NCBI GenBank assembly: GCA_029555025.1
Contig: JAKPTZ010000001.1
Coordinates: forward strand, 9,782-73,781
Origin: Deltaproteobacteria bacterium
Lineage (GTDB): Bacteria > Myxococcota_A > UBA9042 > DTJE01
Length of the DNA: 64,000 nt
Direction: 5' to 3'
The position numbers and the translations under genes are program-made. The notes below the pieces were generated by a model. It had not been told where the DNA came from and did not search any database. It was given only the letters and a program-made list of their open reading frames with translations. Each line of letters begins with the position of its first letter. Within the stretch, counting starts at the first letter, position 1. Positions 43,917 through 53,120 of this stretch are shown piece after piece.

Positions 43917-45256
43917 TGCTCGATCGGGGTTATGGGATGATGGAAGAAGGCAGAAGATCCAATACGCAGAATATGCAGGCGGTCAGGGCGGGAGACTCCG
44001 GGATGGCCAGGAATCCCACCACGCAGGCGGTCAGGACGGGCGAATCCGGGATGGCCAGGAATCCAACCGTTCAGGCGCAGCCACAGAGTGCCCCGTCACA
44101 GAGTGCCCCGTCACAGAGTGCGCCGGTTCAGGGCTCGCCGACCCAGATAGTTCAGACAAACGCCGGTCCGGCAGGGCAGGGTGGTCAGGGCGTTCCCGGT
44201 CTTGACATCAACCAGTTGCTTCAGGTGATGGTTGAAAAGAATGCGTCCGATCTTCACATCACCGTCGGTTCGCCGCCGCAGTTGAGGATTGACGGGTCGC
44301 TTTATCCGATCAAGGTTCCCCCGCTGATCCCGGCCGACACGCAGCGCCTCTGCTTCAGCATCCTGAACGACGCGCAGCGCCAGAAATTCGAGGACATGCA
44401 CGAAGTCGATCTGTCCTTCCAGTGGCGAACCAAGAGTCGTTTCCGGGCGAATTTCTTCATGCAGCGCGGCAGTATCGCCGGTGCAATCCGACAGATCCCC
44501 CAGAAGATCCTGTCGATGGAGGAACTCGGGCTGCCTCCGGCGCTGGCGCAGGTTCTGGATCGACCGCGCGGCCTTGTGCTGGTAACCGGCCCGACCGGTT
44601 CCGGCAAATCTACATCGCTGGCTTCGATGGTTGATACCATCAACCAGAGGCGCCGCGGTCATATCATCACGATCGAGGATCCGATCGAGTTCCTTCACCG
44701 CCACAAGAACTGCATTGTCAACCAGCGTGAAATCGGCGCGGACACGGCGGACTTCCACGGTGCGTTGCGTTATATCATGCGACAGGATCCGGACGTCGTC
44801 CTTGTCGGCGAAATCCGCGACCGGGAAACCATGGAAACCGCGTTGACGCTTTCGGAAACCGGCCACCTGGTTTTCTCGACCCTGCATACCAACGGCGCCG
44901 TCCAGACGCTGCATCGCGTGATGGACCTTTTCCCTGCCGATCAGCAGGAACGCGTTCGAACCCAGCTTTCGTTCGTTATCGAGGGAATCATGTCCCAGCA
45001 GTTGCTGCGGCGTGTTGATGGCGGTCGCGTGGTTGCGGTCGAATTGATGATTCCGAATGCCGCCATTCGTAATCTTATTCGGGAAGGCAAGGCTCATCAG
45101 ATATACTCACAGATGCAGATGGGACAGGCGAAGTTCGGGATGCAGACGATGAACCAGTCGTTGCTGCGTCTTCACCAGGAAGGATACATCACCCGCGATG
45201 ACTGCCTGATGACGGCGGGTGACCTGGAAGAGATGATTGCAATGCTTAACGGATGA
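43916..45256 (+). CDS. pilT: twitching-motility (retraction) ATPase PilT with a repeat-rich N-terminal extension of about 100 aa
   Basis: The core runs from LDINQLLQVMVEKNASDLHITVGSPP and has GPTGSGKST, VVLVGEIRD, TGHLVFSTLHTNGA and the PilT signature AIRNLIREGK. The ATG overlaps the pilB stop (TGATG). Alternative ATG starts lie at 43937 and 43940. Confidence 0.9.
   Translation: MLDRGYGMMEEGRRSNTQNMQAVRAGDSGMARNPTTQAVRTGESGMARNPTVQAQPQSAPSQSAPSQSAPVQGSPTQIVQTNAGPAGQGGQGVPGLDINQLLQVMVEKNASDLHITVGSPPQLRIDGSLYPIKVPPLIPADTQRLCFSILNDAQRQKFEDMHEVDLSFQWRTKSRFRANFFMQRGSIAGAIRQIPQKILSMEELGLPPALAQVLDRPRGLVLVTGPTGSGKSTSLASMVDTINQRRRGHIITIEDPIEFLHRHKNCIVNQREIGADTADFHGALRYIMRQDPDVVLVGEIRDRETMETALTLSETGHLVFSTLHTNGAVQTLHRVMDLFPADQQERVRTQLSFVIEGIMSQQLLRRVDGGRVVAVELMIPNAAIRNLIREGKAHQIYSQMQMGQAKFGMQTMNQSLLRLHQEGYITRDDCLMTAGDLEEMIAMLNG
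43976..44071 (+). repeat. 2 x 48-bp in-frame tandem repeat (QAVRAGDSGMARNPTT / QAVRTGESGMARNPTV)
   Basis: The units start at 43976 and 44024 and are near-identical. A third, partial unit begins at 44072. Confidence 0.85.
44082..44126 (+). repeat. 3 x 15-bp in-frame tandem repeat (QSAPS)
   Basis: CACAGAGTGCCCCGT occurs at 44082 and 44097. A variant, CACAGAGTGCGCCGG, occurs at 44112. Confidence 0.85.
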
Positions 45257-45276
45257 CGTCCGCATTGGAGGTTTGA

Positions 45277-46494
45277 ATGGCCAAGTTCAGCTGGGAAGCG
45301 ACATCGGCGGAAGGAATCAGGAAGAAGGGCGTAATCGATGCCGCCAGCCCCGACGAGGCCAGGAAGCGCCTTCGATCGATGAACCTGGAGCCGGTATCGG
45401 TCAGCCGCAGCCTGTCGTCAATCGAGATTACGATTCCCAGGCTCAGCGGCATCCCGATGAAGACGCTGGTCGTCTTCACCCGTCAGCTTGCGACGATGAT
45501 TGACGCGGGCCTTCCCCTGGTTCAATGCCTGGACATCCTTGGAACCCAGGAGCCCGACCTGGAATTCAAGAAGATCATCATGGGCGTCAAGGCACACGTC
45601 GAAACCGGCGGAACGCTGGCCGACGGCATGAAGAAGTATCCGAAGGCCTTCGATACGCTTTTCGTTTCGCTTGTCCAGGCCGGCGAAGTCGGCGGTATTC
45701 TGGATACCATCTTGAACAGGCTTGCCGCATATGTGGAAAAGAACCAGAAGACGAAGCAGAAGGTTCAGGCGGCGCTGAAGTATCCGACATTCGTTTCCGT
45801 GGCCGCCGTCGTAATCGTCGGCTTCATGCTCTGGAAGATCGTTCCCCAGTTCGCCGGCATGTTCAAGAGCCTTGGCGGCGCCGAGCTTCCGGCGTTGACG
45901 GCCATGGTTGTCGCGGCATCGGAATGGTTCGTCAACCACATCATCATCATCCTGCTGATTGCGACAGGTGCGGTGGTCGGATTCACTCTGTTCAAGAAGT
46001 CCAAATTCGGCATTTCCTTTCTGGACAAGGTCGCGCTGCGCCTGCCAGTAATCGGCGACCTGATCAGGAAGTCGGCGGTCGCCCGATTCACGAGGACGCT
46101 CGGCACCCTGATATCGTCCGGTGTTCCAATCATGGAAGCGCTTGATGTCGTTGCAAGATCTGCCGGAAACGTCCATATCGAAGCCGCAATCATGCACACC
46201 CGCGCCAAGGTGGCTGAAGGTCACAATATTGCCGGTCCGCTGGGTGAAACGAAGATCTTTCCGTCGATGGTCGTCCAGATGGTCGGCGTCGGGGAATCGA
46301 CCGGCGCACTGGACGTCATGCTTACCAAGATCGCCGACTTCTACGACGACGAGGTCGATGTCGCCGTCGATTCGCTTACGTCACTCATGGAACCATTGCT
46401 GATGATTGTCATCGGCGGATCGGTCGGCGTCGTGCTCATTTCGATGTACCTGCCGATCTTCGGCATGGCGGACAATCTTTCCAGAAAGCAATAG
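45277..46494 (+). CDS. pilC: type IV pilus platform protein PilC (GspF family)
   Basis: 405 aa with two GspF-type repeats, three TM segments and the conserved GESTGALD motif. Confidence 0.92.
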   Translation: MAKFSWEATSAEGIRKKGVIDAASPDEARKRLRSMNLEPVSVSRSLSSIEITIPRLSGIPMKTLVVFTRQLATMIDAGLPLVQCLDILGTQEPDLEFKKIIMGVKAHVETGGTLADGMKKYPKAFDTLFVSLVQAGEVGGILDTILNRLAAYVEKNQKTKQKVQAALKYPTFVSVAAVVIVGFMLWKIVPQFAGMFKSLGGAELPALTAMVVAASEWFVNHIIIILLIATGAVVGFTLFKKSKFGISFLDKVALRLPVIGDLIRKSAVARFTRTLGTLISSGVPIMEALDVVARSAGNVHIEAAIMHTRAKVAEGHNIAGPLGETKIFPSMVVQMVGVGESTGALDVMLTKIADFYDDEVDVAVDSLTSLMEPLLMIVIGGSVGVVLISMYLPIFGMADNLSRKQ

Positions 46495-46508
46495 GCGCCC
46501 CGCGCCCG

Positions 46509-48290
46509 GTGGCACGAATGTTCGGCCAGATTCGACTACGCCCCGACCATACAGAATCGTCACGAATCAGGAACCTGCTCAGGTCTCTTTCCCTTCGGGA
46601 CAGCTTTCCGCTTGAGTCGATGGATCGGGACGACGGCGACAGCAGCAACACCTTCAGGGGACGCCTGGTGTGGCTGTCGTGGATCCGGCTGGCAATGCTT
46701 GTCGCGCTGGCGGGATCCACGATTGGCTTCTCGCTTGGCGAGAATGTCGCGCTTGATGGAGATGCCCGCGGTTTCCTGATGTGGTTCACCATTGTCTGCA
46801 TCGTTCCTGGATCCCTGTACTTTCCGCTGATCCTTGCCGTCCGGTCGATGGTCGCCCTGCGCAGTGTCGCGGTGATTCAGATCATCCAGGACAGTGCCTT
46901 CGCCGCCGTCATGGTGACAACGACCGGCGGTTCGACATCCGGCTTCACGTTCTTCTTTCCCCTTATGATCATCATTGCCGGACTGTTGCTTCAGAAGACC
47001 GGAGCGTTGATAGGCATCCTTATCTCGTCACTGTTCCTGCTGATCATTTCCATGTGGGAAATCGGAATGCTCGTTCCGCCCCCGATGATTGGGACGATGC
47101 TGACGACGGGACGGTTCGAGGATGTCTTTTACGCGTACGCGATCAATGTTGTGGCGTTCATCGTCGTCGGGGTGCTTTCCAATTTTTTGATGGCCCAGAT
47201 TCGCAAGTCCGATGTCGAGCGCGAAACCTATCGGATTGACCTGGCCGATCTGCGCATCCTGCACGAGACGATCATTTCTTCCCTTGACACCGGGCTGGTG
47301 ACGGTTTCCCTGGAAGGCACCGTGGTTCATCTCAACAGGGCGGCGGCACAGCTTCTGCGTCTTGATGCACGGGCCGCCGTCGGCCAGCCGATTCAGTCCA
47401 TCCTGCCGGAACTCAATCGTCCGCTTGAAGACATCGAGGGCGAGGTCGATATAGTTCGAAAGTCCGGGGATGAGGCGCCTTCGTATTTCCTGGTCGTCGT
47501 TAAGCCCCTGCTGTCAAGTCGGTGGATGATGGTGGGCCGCTTGATCAGAATCGAGGACGTAACCGGCATTCGCCAGATGGAGGCCCAGAGGAAGGAAGAT
47601 GAACGCCTGGCGACAATAGGCAAGCTGTCGGCCGTGGTCGCGCACGAAATCCGCAATCCGCTGGCGGCGATTTCGGCATCGGCCCAGATGGTTGCCATGT
47701 CGCCTCAGGTGGGTGAGGAAGATCGCCAGGCCCTGGAGATTGTGGTTAAGGAGACTGATCACCTCAACGAGTGGATCACGGATCTGCTGGATTATGCCAG
47801 GCCTAAGAGGGGTGTCCTGTCGAAGTTCGATCTCTCGGAGATGGTTCTTCACCAGGCCGGCCTTGCCGGTTCGTTCGAGGGTGCCGTGGGCGTCTCGATA
47901 ATCACCGACATCGAACCGGACGTGATTATCAAGGGGGATTCCCAGAGGTTTGGACGCGTCGTCATGAACATCATGAAGAACGCGGTTGAGGCCATGAACG
48001 GGATAGGAACCATCAAGGTCGGGTTGAAGACCGGCCAGTCCGGCTCCGGAGAGTCTTCAAATGAAACTCCGCCGCCCCCGGTCGCCGTGCTGACCATATT
48101 CAATGACGGCCCGGCAATCCCGCCAGAGGAACTGGGCCGGATATTTGATACCTTCTACACAACCAAGGCTCGTGGAACAGGGCTTGGCCTTTCCACCGTC
48201 GCGCAGATATGCGCCGATTACGGGGCGAAACTCTCGGTGACCAGCGACGAGCATGAAGGTACCGAATTCAGGGTGGAAATACCCCTGTGA
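46509..48290 (+). CDS. membrane sensor histidine kinase, PilS-like by position
   Basis: A polytopic N-terminal region of about six hydrophobic helices is followed by a PAS-like segment, the H-box VAHEIRNPL and HATPase motifs (NAVEAM, GTGLGLS). The start is uncertain: GTG at 46509, ATG at 46518, or ATG near 46620. No response regulator gene is adjacent. Confidence 0.8.
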   Translation: MARMFGQIRLRPDHTESSRIRNLLRSLSLRDSFPLESMDRDDGDSSNTFRGRLVWLSWIRLAMLVALAGSTIGFSLGENVALDGDARGFLMWFTIVCIVPGSLYFPLILAVRSMVALRSVAVIQIIQDSAFAAVMVTTTGGSTSGFTFFFPLMIIIAGLLLQKTGALIGILISSLFLLIISMWEIGMLVPPPMIGTMLTTGRFEDVFYAYAINVVAFIVVGVLSNFLMAQIRKSDVERETYRIDLADLRILHETIISSLDTGLVTVSLEGTVVHLNRAAAQLLRLDARAAVGQPIQSILPELNRPLEDIEGEVDIVRKSGDEAPSYFLVVVKPLLSSRWMMVGRLIRIEDVTGIRQMEAQRKEDERLATIGKLSAVVAHEIRNPLAAISASAQMVAMSPQVGEEDRQALEIVVKETDHLNEWITDLLDYARPKRGVLSKFDLSEMVLHQAGLAGSFEGAVGVSIITDIEPDVIIKGDSQRFGRVVMNIMKNAVEAMNGIGTIKVGLKTGQSGSGESSNETPPPPVAVLTIFNDGPAIPPEELGRIFDTFYTTKARGTGLGLSTVAQICADYGAKLSVTSDEHEGTEFRVEIPL

Positions 48291-49240
48291 CGGACGGTCT
48301 GATGGAATCACTCTCACTGGTATTCGAAGGCGGCTTCAAGTTATCCGGCGGAATCCTTGGATTTGATCACCCCGGGGCCGGCCTTTCCTTCCTGTCGTCC
48401 GCCGAGGTGCCCGGGGCGTGGAGGTCAAGGAAGCCGCTGTGTACCGAAACGACGGCTTCGTTGTTGCGAAACCTGAGACGTGAGTTCCGCGCGCTGGTTC
48501 TGCCTTATTCGAGGCCGACCGGCATCGGATCAATCATCGTGACACTGTTCCCGGCGGCCCCGTTGCCGGGGGCCGCGGCAATCCTTGTCGAGCATGGCGG
48601 CCGGCGGCTTCTGTACTGCGCCGGACTTCCGGATCGTTCGGTTCACCTTCCGGCCTGTGACATTGTGGCTGCAGTTGTGGCCCCGGAGCCCGGCCTGCCT
48701 TCCGCCGACTTTCGGGAAAGGCTTACCAGGTCGGTCACGACGGCGCTGTCGGCCGGCATGACCCCGGTCATCAGGAGCAACTCCTTTGGTGGAGCCATCG
48801 CCGTCAGCCAGGCGCTTTCACTTGCCGGAGTTCCCTGCCGCCAGCATGAAAACGGTTTCCGGCATAACGCGGTGTGGCGGGCGACCGGATTCGATTCCTG
48901 CCTCTGCGCCCGTCTTGGTTCGCGCATTCCGGCGGGTTCGGCCGTCCTTCTGCCGCTTCATCTTTCGCAAGGAGCCGTCGAGTCCAGGATCGTCGCTCCC
49001 TGGAGGATATGCGTTGCCAGACCGGGCGAGGACGGCGGGCCCGCGCCCTGCGACGAACTGATCCGTCTTCATGCGGGCCTTGAACCCGTTTCCATGGTTG
49101 AGCTTGTTTCCAGGACATCCCCGGCGGAAGTCGTGGTCTGGGGCCAGGGAGCCGAGCCATGCCGGGCCATGCTTGCCGGCAGCGGTGTCAAAGTGCGGAC
49201 TGTCGATGGAACCAGGCAGTGCGCGCTGGATCTGTCATGA
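48287..49240 (+). CDS. hypothetical protein, degenerate beta-CASP/metallo-beta-lactamase-like (predicted inactive)
   Basis: The ATG overlaps the kinase stop (ATGA). The segments IIVTLFPAAPLPGAAAILVEHGGRRLLYCAGL and LHAGLEPVSMVELVSRTSPAEVVVWGQG parallel the beta-CASP motifs (..GH.pGSa......g..ilYtGD.. and ..SgHad..eL...v....P..v.lvHGe), but the metal ligands are substituted. Confidence 0.5.
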   Translation: MTDGLMESLSLVFEGGFKLSGGILGFDHPGAGLSFLSSAEVPGAWRSRKPLCTETTASLLRNLRREFRALVLPYSRPTGIGSIIVTLFPAAPLPGAAAILVEHGGRRLLYCAGLPDRSVHLPACDIVAAVVAPEPGLPSADFRERLTRSVTTALSAGMTPVIRSNSFGGAIAVSQALSLAGVPCRQHENGFRHNAVWRATGFDSCLCARLGSRIPAGSAVLLPLHLSQGAVESRIVAPWRICVARPGEDGGPAPCDELIRLHAGLEPVSMVELVSRTSPAEVVVWGQGAEPCRAMLAGSGVKVRTVDGTRQCALDLS

Positions 49241-49291
49241 CCTTTCAGTGAGTCCCCGGGACGGGGCTGTCGGTCGAACCGTGGGCTGTCT

Positions 49292-50740
49292 TCAGGCAAG
49301 TCTTTCGAGCAGGGCCTTCAGGAAATCATAGAAAATCCTGGTGGATGGAATCGAAAGCGTTTCCTCGGGGGAATGTGCCCCGGTGATGTTCGGACCAAAA
49401 GAAATCATGTCCATTCCCGGGTATTTCTCGCCGATGACGCCGCACTCGAGACCGGCGTGAATCGCGGTGACCCGGGGATCGACGCCGGTTCTTTCCTTCC
49501 ACAGCGCCCTGGCCGTCTTCAGGACTTTTGAATCCATGTCGGGACGCCAGCCGGGATAGGAATTGATCAGTTCGCAGTCGGCACCGGCCAGGCCGGCGAC
49601 CGCGCGAATCGATTCACGGACCGCTTCCATTGCAGATCCAACCATCGATCGGCTGTTGCACAGGATCTGGACAGAGCCATCCAGCGTCGTGACCTGGGCC
49701 ATGTTCGAAGACGTTTCAACCAGGCCGACGATGGCCTGGCTCATCGTTACCGGGCCATGGGGCAGCGCCAGCAGCATCTTCCAGATTGCGGGCGATTCGG
49801 CGATAGCCTGGCACTCGCATTCAACCGGGGTGACAGACAGGTTGACGCCGGGATCCGACTTCCCAAGTTCGATCTTCACTGTCTGTTGAAGCGTCGCCAC
49901 GGCCGATTTGAAGTGATCGGCGTCTGATTCCGGGATGAAGACGCAGGCCTCGGCATCCCGTGGGATAGCGTTTCGCTTGGTGCCACCCGAAATCGTGCAG
50001 AAAAGCGGCGGATGGATGGGATCGAGCACGGTTGCCATCCTGGCAAGCAGCCGAATCGAGTTGCCACGGCCGGCATGAATCTCAAGGCCGGAGTGGCCCC
50101 CACGCAGGCCTGAAACCCCGATCCTGAATGCCATGGTTCCGGCCGGACGGGGTATTGCCGTTGTCTTCATGGTAATCGTCGTGTCGCCGCCGCCGGCGCA
50201 ACCAACGTACATGGTGCCTTCTTCTTCCGAGTCCAGGTTCAGCATCACCCTGCCTCGAAGAAGATCGGGTTCAAGCCCGAAAGCACCGCCCATGCCGGTC
50301 TCCTCGTCAACGGTCAGCAGCAGTTCAAGGGGCCCGTGCACGCATGACGGGTCGATTGCGGCGGCCATTCCGGCGGCGACGCCAATGCCGTTGTCGGCGC
50401 CAAGCGTGGTGCCGCGGGTGCGTATGAATTCCCCTTCAACAAAGGCCGGAATGGGATCCGTCTCGAAGTCGATCGCGGTTTCCGGCGTCTTTTCCCAGAC
50501 AATGTCCAGATGTCCCTGGATGACGATGATCGGCGCGCTTTCGTGTCCCGGCGTGGCTGGAACCGATATGGCGATGCTGCCGGCCGCGCCTTCCCTGACG
50601 TCGAAGCCGTGCCTGCGGGCCCATGCCAGGCAGTATTCACGGGCGGCTTCTTCCTTTTTCGAACCGCGCGGTATCGCAACCAGATCGTCGAAGATTTCAA
50701 AAACAACCCTTGGCTCAAGATCACGGATTCCGGTTCCCAT
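49292..50740 (-). CDS. pepD: aminoacyl-histidine (Xaa-His) dipeptidase PepD, M20C family
   Basis: PepD-like motifs are LEPRVVFEIFDDLVAIPRGS, IQGHLDIV, GADNGIG and TVDEETGMGGA. I trimmed the start to the ATG at 50740 (MGTGIRD), which has GGAGG 6 nt upstream. Confidence 0.88.
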   Translation of the reverse strand: MGTGIRDLEPRVVFEIFDDLVAIPRGSKKEEAAREYCLAWARRHGFDVREGAAGSIAISVPATPGHESAPIIVIQGHLDIVWEKTPETAIDFETDPIPAFVEGEFIRTRGTTLGADNGIGVAAGMAAAIDPSCVHGPLELLLTVDEETGMGGAFGLEPDLLRGRVMLNLDSEEEGTMYVGCAGGGDTTITMKTTAIPRPAGTMAFRIGVSGLRGGHSGLEIHAGRGNSIRLLARMATVLDPIHPPLFCTISGGTKRNAIPRDAEACVFIPESDADHFKSAVATLQQTVKIELGKSDPGVNLSVTPVECECQAIAESPAIWKMLLALPHGPVTMSQAIVGLVETSSNMAQVTTLDGSVQILCNSRSMVGSAMEAVRESIRAVAGLAGADCELINSYPGWRPDMDSKVLKTARALWKERTGVDPRVTAIHAGLECGVIGEKYPGMDMISFGPNITGAHSPEETLSIPSTRIFYDFLKALLERLA

Positions 50741-50881
50741 TGGCAGCCTCCAAAGCAATTGCGGTCACAGGATATCATGTCCGCGATGCTTGTCCACCTT
50801 GCCTGAAACACGCAGTGAAAGTACTATTCCCGAAGCAATTGATGAATAATCCGGCATGAACCTGATTCTGCGGAGGAACCG

Positions 50882-51289
50882 ATGCCCAGAGGCTTGATAC
50901 CCGCGATACTCGTCGCAATGCTGACTTCAACCGCCTGCGCCCCCGCCTTCACCGGCCGATGGGACGGTTCCGGTGAAATCGGCGAGGCCGGGTATTTCAG
51001 TTTCAGCCTGGATTTTGTAAAGGGGCCCGGCTCCGGGGAATTCCGGACAGATAAGTCAGATGTCGTTGCCGGGCCGGTATGTCAGGTGGTTCGCCGCGAC
51101 CGGCACGTTGAATTTGTCATCGCGTCCCGGTCCGGCTCGGCGGATTGTGCAAGCCTTTCCTATCCACTGACTTTTGTCGGTGATTTTGGACAGGATGTCG
51201 TTACCGGAAGCGTGCTTGAACGGAAAACCGATGGTGGCGAGCGCCTCGTCGGGGTTTTCCGGGCTTTCAGGGTCAGGAAGGATAAGTAA
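50882..51289 (+). CDS. small hypothetical lipoprotein
   Basis: 135 aa with GGAGGA upstream and a lipobox (MLTSTAC). I recognised no family. It ends 14 nt before the FHA gene. Confidence 0.6.
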   Translation: MPRGLIPAILVAMLTSTACAPAFTGRWDGSGEIGEAGYFSFSLDFVKGPGSGEFRTDKSDVVAGPVCQVVRRDRHVEFVIASRSGSADCASLSYPLTFVGDFGQDVVTGSVLERKTDGGERLVGVFRAFRVRKDK

Positions 51290-51303
51290 CCGGAGGTGTT
51301 GAC

Positions 51304-53025
51304 GTGGCTCTTCTGAAATTCCAGGACGAGACCGGTGCCGAGCAGTTCGTTCACGTTGGTCCGGATCGCCCGGAGATAACGATCGGGCGCGTCAGAACCT
51401 GTGACCTGGTGACGACTAACATCACCGTTTCGCGCCGTCACGCATCGGTCACCTTTCAGGATGGCAAGTTCATCCTTCGTGACCTGAACAGCGCCAACGG
51501 CGTATTTTACAACAAGCAGCGCGTTGGCGAACTGGTGCTCAAGGACGGCGATTCGATGCTTGTCGGCAGCATGCCGGTTTTTTTCGAGCTTGAGCCAAGC
51601 GACATGAAGGGGCATTCCGCCTCTGCCGCCGTCGCGCCTTCCAGGGATCCAGTTCATGCCCGTCCGACTGTTGCGGCCCCCGGAACCGGCGTGCAAGGTC
51701 AGCAGGAGGCGGCGCCGGCTCCAGCCCCCGGGCCGGCACCAGCGCCGGCCCCAAAGCCCCCGGTCGCGCAGGCACCGGCGGCGGCCCGGCAGCCGGCACC
51801 GGCACAAGCGCCAGCCCCAAAGCCCCCGGTCGCTCAGGCACCGGTACCCAGGCCGGCACCGGCACCCAGGGCTCCGGTTCAGCCTGCACCGGCACCCAGG
51901 CCGGCACCGGTGGCGTCTCCAGTTGCCAAAGCCGCCCCCGCCCCGGCGGCGCAACCCGCCCCCGAACAGCAGGACAGGGCTCCAAGGAATGTTCCGGCAG
52001 CCTTCAGGGCCGACTGGAAGCCTTCAGCGGCACCAAGGCCCGCGCCGGCAGCCACCGCGAAGCCATCCGTCCAGAGATCGGTCGTGGCCAGGCCCGCCAG
52101 CGATCCAGGCCCGTCTGTCGCATCCGATGGCCCGCGTGTCGACGACGAACTCGACAGCACCCTGGTTCAGCAGCCCGGGCAGGGCGGTCGCCCGGTTCAG
52201 CCAGTGACTGCCGTTCCCCCGAAGCCGGTTTCGCCAGGGGAGTCCTCCGGCCGGACTGTCGAACTTGAAAAGGCGCTTGAACTGGAGCGGGCAGATCGTC
52301 TTCAGATTGCCGAGGCGCTGAAGGTGGCCCAAGAGCGTTACTACGATGCATCCGAGCGTGCCGACATTGCCGAAGCGGCGCTGATCGATGTCAAGTCGGA
52401 AATGGATCTGATTTCCCAGGAAAACCGTGAAATGGCGGATCGGGCCGACCAGCTTGAACGTGAGAATGCTGACCTGTTGCAGGAAATCGATGATTTGCGT
52501 CGCGAAAGAACCGAGAACTCTTCGTCCGCGAGCTCAGTCCAGCAGCAGATTTCGTCGCTTCAGGCAGAGGTCGGCAGGTTGAAGGGCGAGCTTTCCAGAA
52601 GGGAACTGGAGGTGTCGTCGCTGAAGAGTGAACTGGAGCAGGCCAGGACGACCACGCAACCCGCTTCGTCGGGCGATCTTGATGCCGCCCTGCGCCAGAT
52701 AGAAGAACTGAAGATGTCCAACAAGGGCTACCTGAAAAGAATCGGGCGCCTGATGGAAGAGCAGGAGAAGGCGGTTCCATGCGGCGTGATCGTGACTCCG
52801 GAAGTCATCGGACTGGCCGATCGTCTGGTTGATCTGGCCGGGGAATCGATCGACGCAGCCAGCCTGGCGCGAAGTCTTGTTTCCGAACTGAAGGCTGCCG
52901 GTGCCGCGGACGAGACGGTTCTTGAAATGAGATCCGCCATCGCGAGCCTGGCCGATTCCGTCAATGATCTTCGAAAGGTTTCGGCGGACATGCAGACGAT
53001 GCTCAAGCCGCCCGTCCAGGACTGA
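51304..53025 (+). CDS. FHA domain protein with Pro/Ala-rich linker and C-terminal coiled coil
   Basis: GTG start with GGAGG 7 nt upstream. The N-terminal FHA domain reads ITIGRVRTCDLVTTNITVSRRHASVTFQDGKFILRDLNSANGVFYN. A PA-rich tract of about 200 aa contains a 66-bp duplication. The C-terminal region is heptad-like and rich in E, L, R and Q. Confidence 0.85.
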   Translation: MALLKFQDETGAEQFVHVGPDRPEITIGRVRTCDLVTTNITVSRRHASVTFQDGKFILRDLNSANGVFYNKQRVGELVLKDGDSMLVGSMPVFFELEPSDMKGHSASAAVAPSRDPVHARPTVAAPGTGVQGQQEAAPAPAPGPAPAPAPKPPVAQAPAAARQPAPAQAPAPKPPVAQAPVPRPAPAPRAPVQPAPAPRPAPVASPVAKAAPAPAAQPAPEQQDRAPRNVPAAFRADWKPSAAPRPAPAATAKPSVQRSVVARPASDPGPSVASDGPRVDDELDSTLVQQPGQGGRPVQPVTAVPPKPVSPGESSGRTVELEKALELERADRLQIAEALKVAQERYYDASERADIAEAALIDVKSEMDLISQENREMADRADQLERENADLLQEIDDLRRERTENSSSASSVQQQISSLQAEVGRLKGELSRRELEVSSLKSELEQARTTTQPASSGDLDAALRQIEELKMSNKGYLKRIGRLMEEQEKAVPCGVIVTPEVIGLADRLVDLAGESIDAASLARSLVSELKAAGAADETVLEMRSAIASLADSVNDLRKVSADMQTMLKPPVQD

Positions 53026-53120
53026 TCCACCGTAATTCAATACTGATATTCACGACTGGGATGGATCGCGTTATATTGTGTCGTTCCATGTTCCCTGCGG
53101 ATTTCCCCTGGAGGTTTCGA

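Noticed and set aside
43976-44126. Tandem direct repeats considered as possible CRISPR-like or minisatellite arrays (also 10121-10165, 51748-51880 and 61163-61240)
   Set aside because: The units are contiguous with no spacers. Their periods are multiples of three, and they lie inside open reading frames. They are coding low-complexity repeats, not CRISPR arrays.
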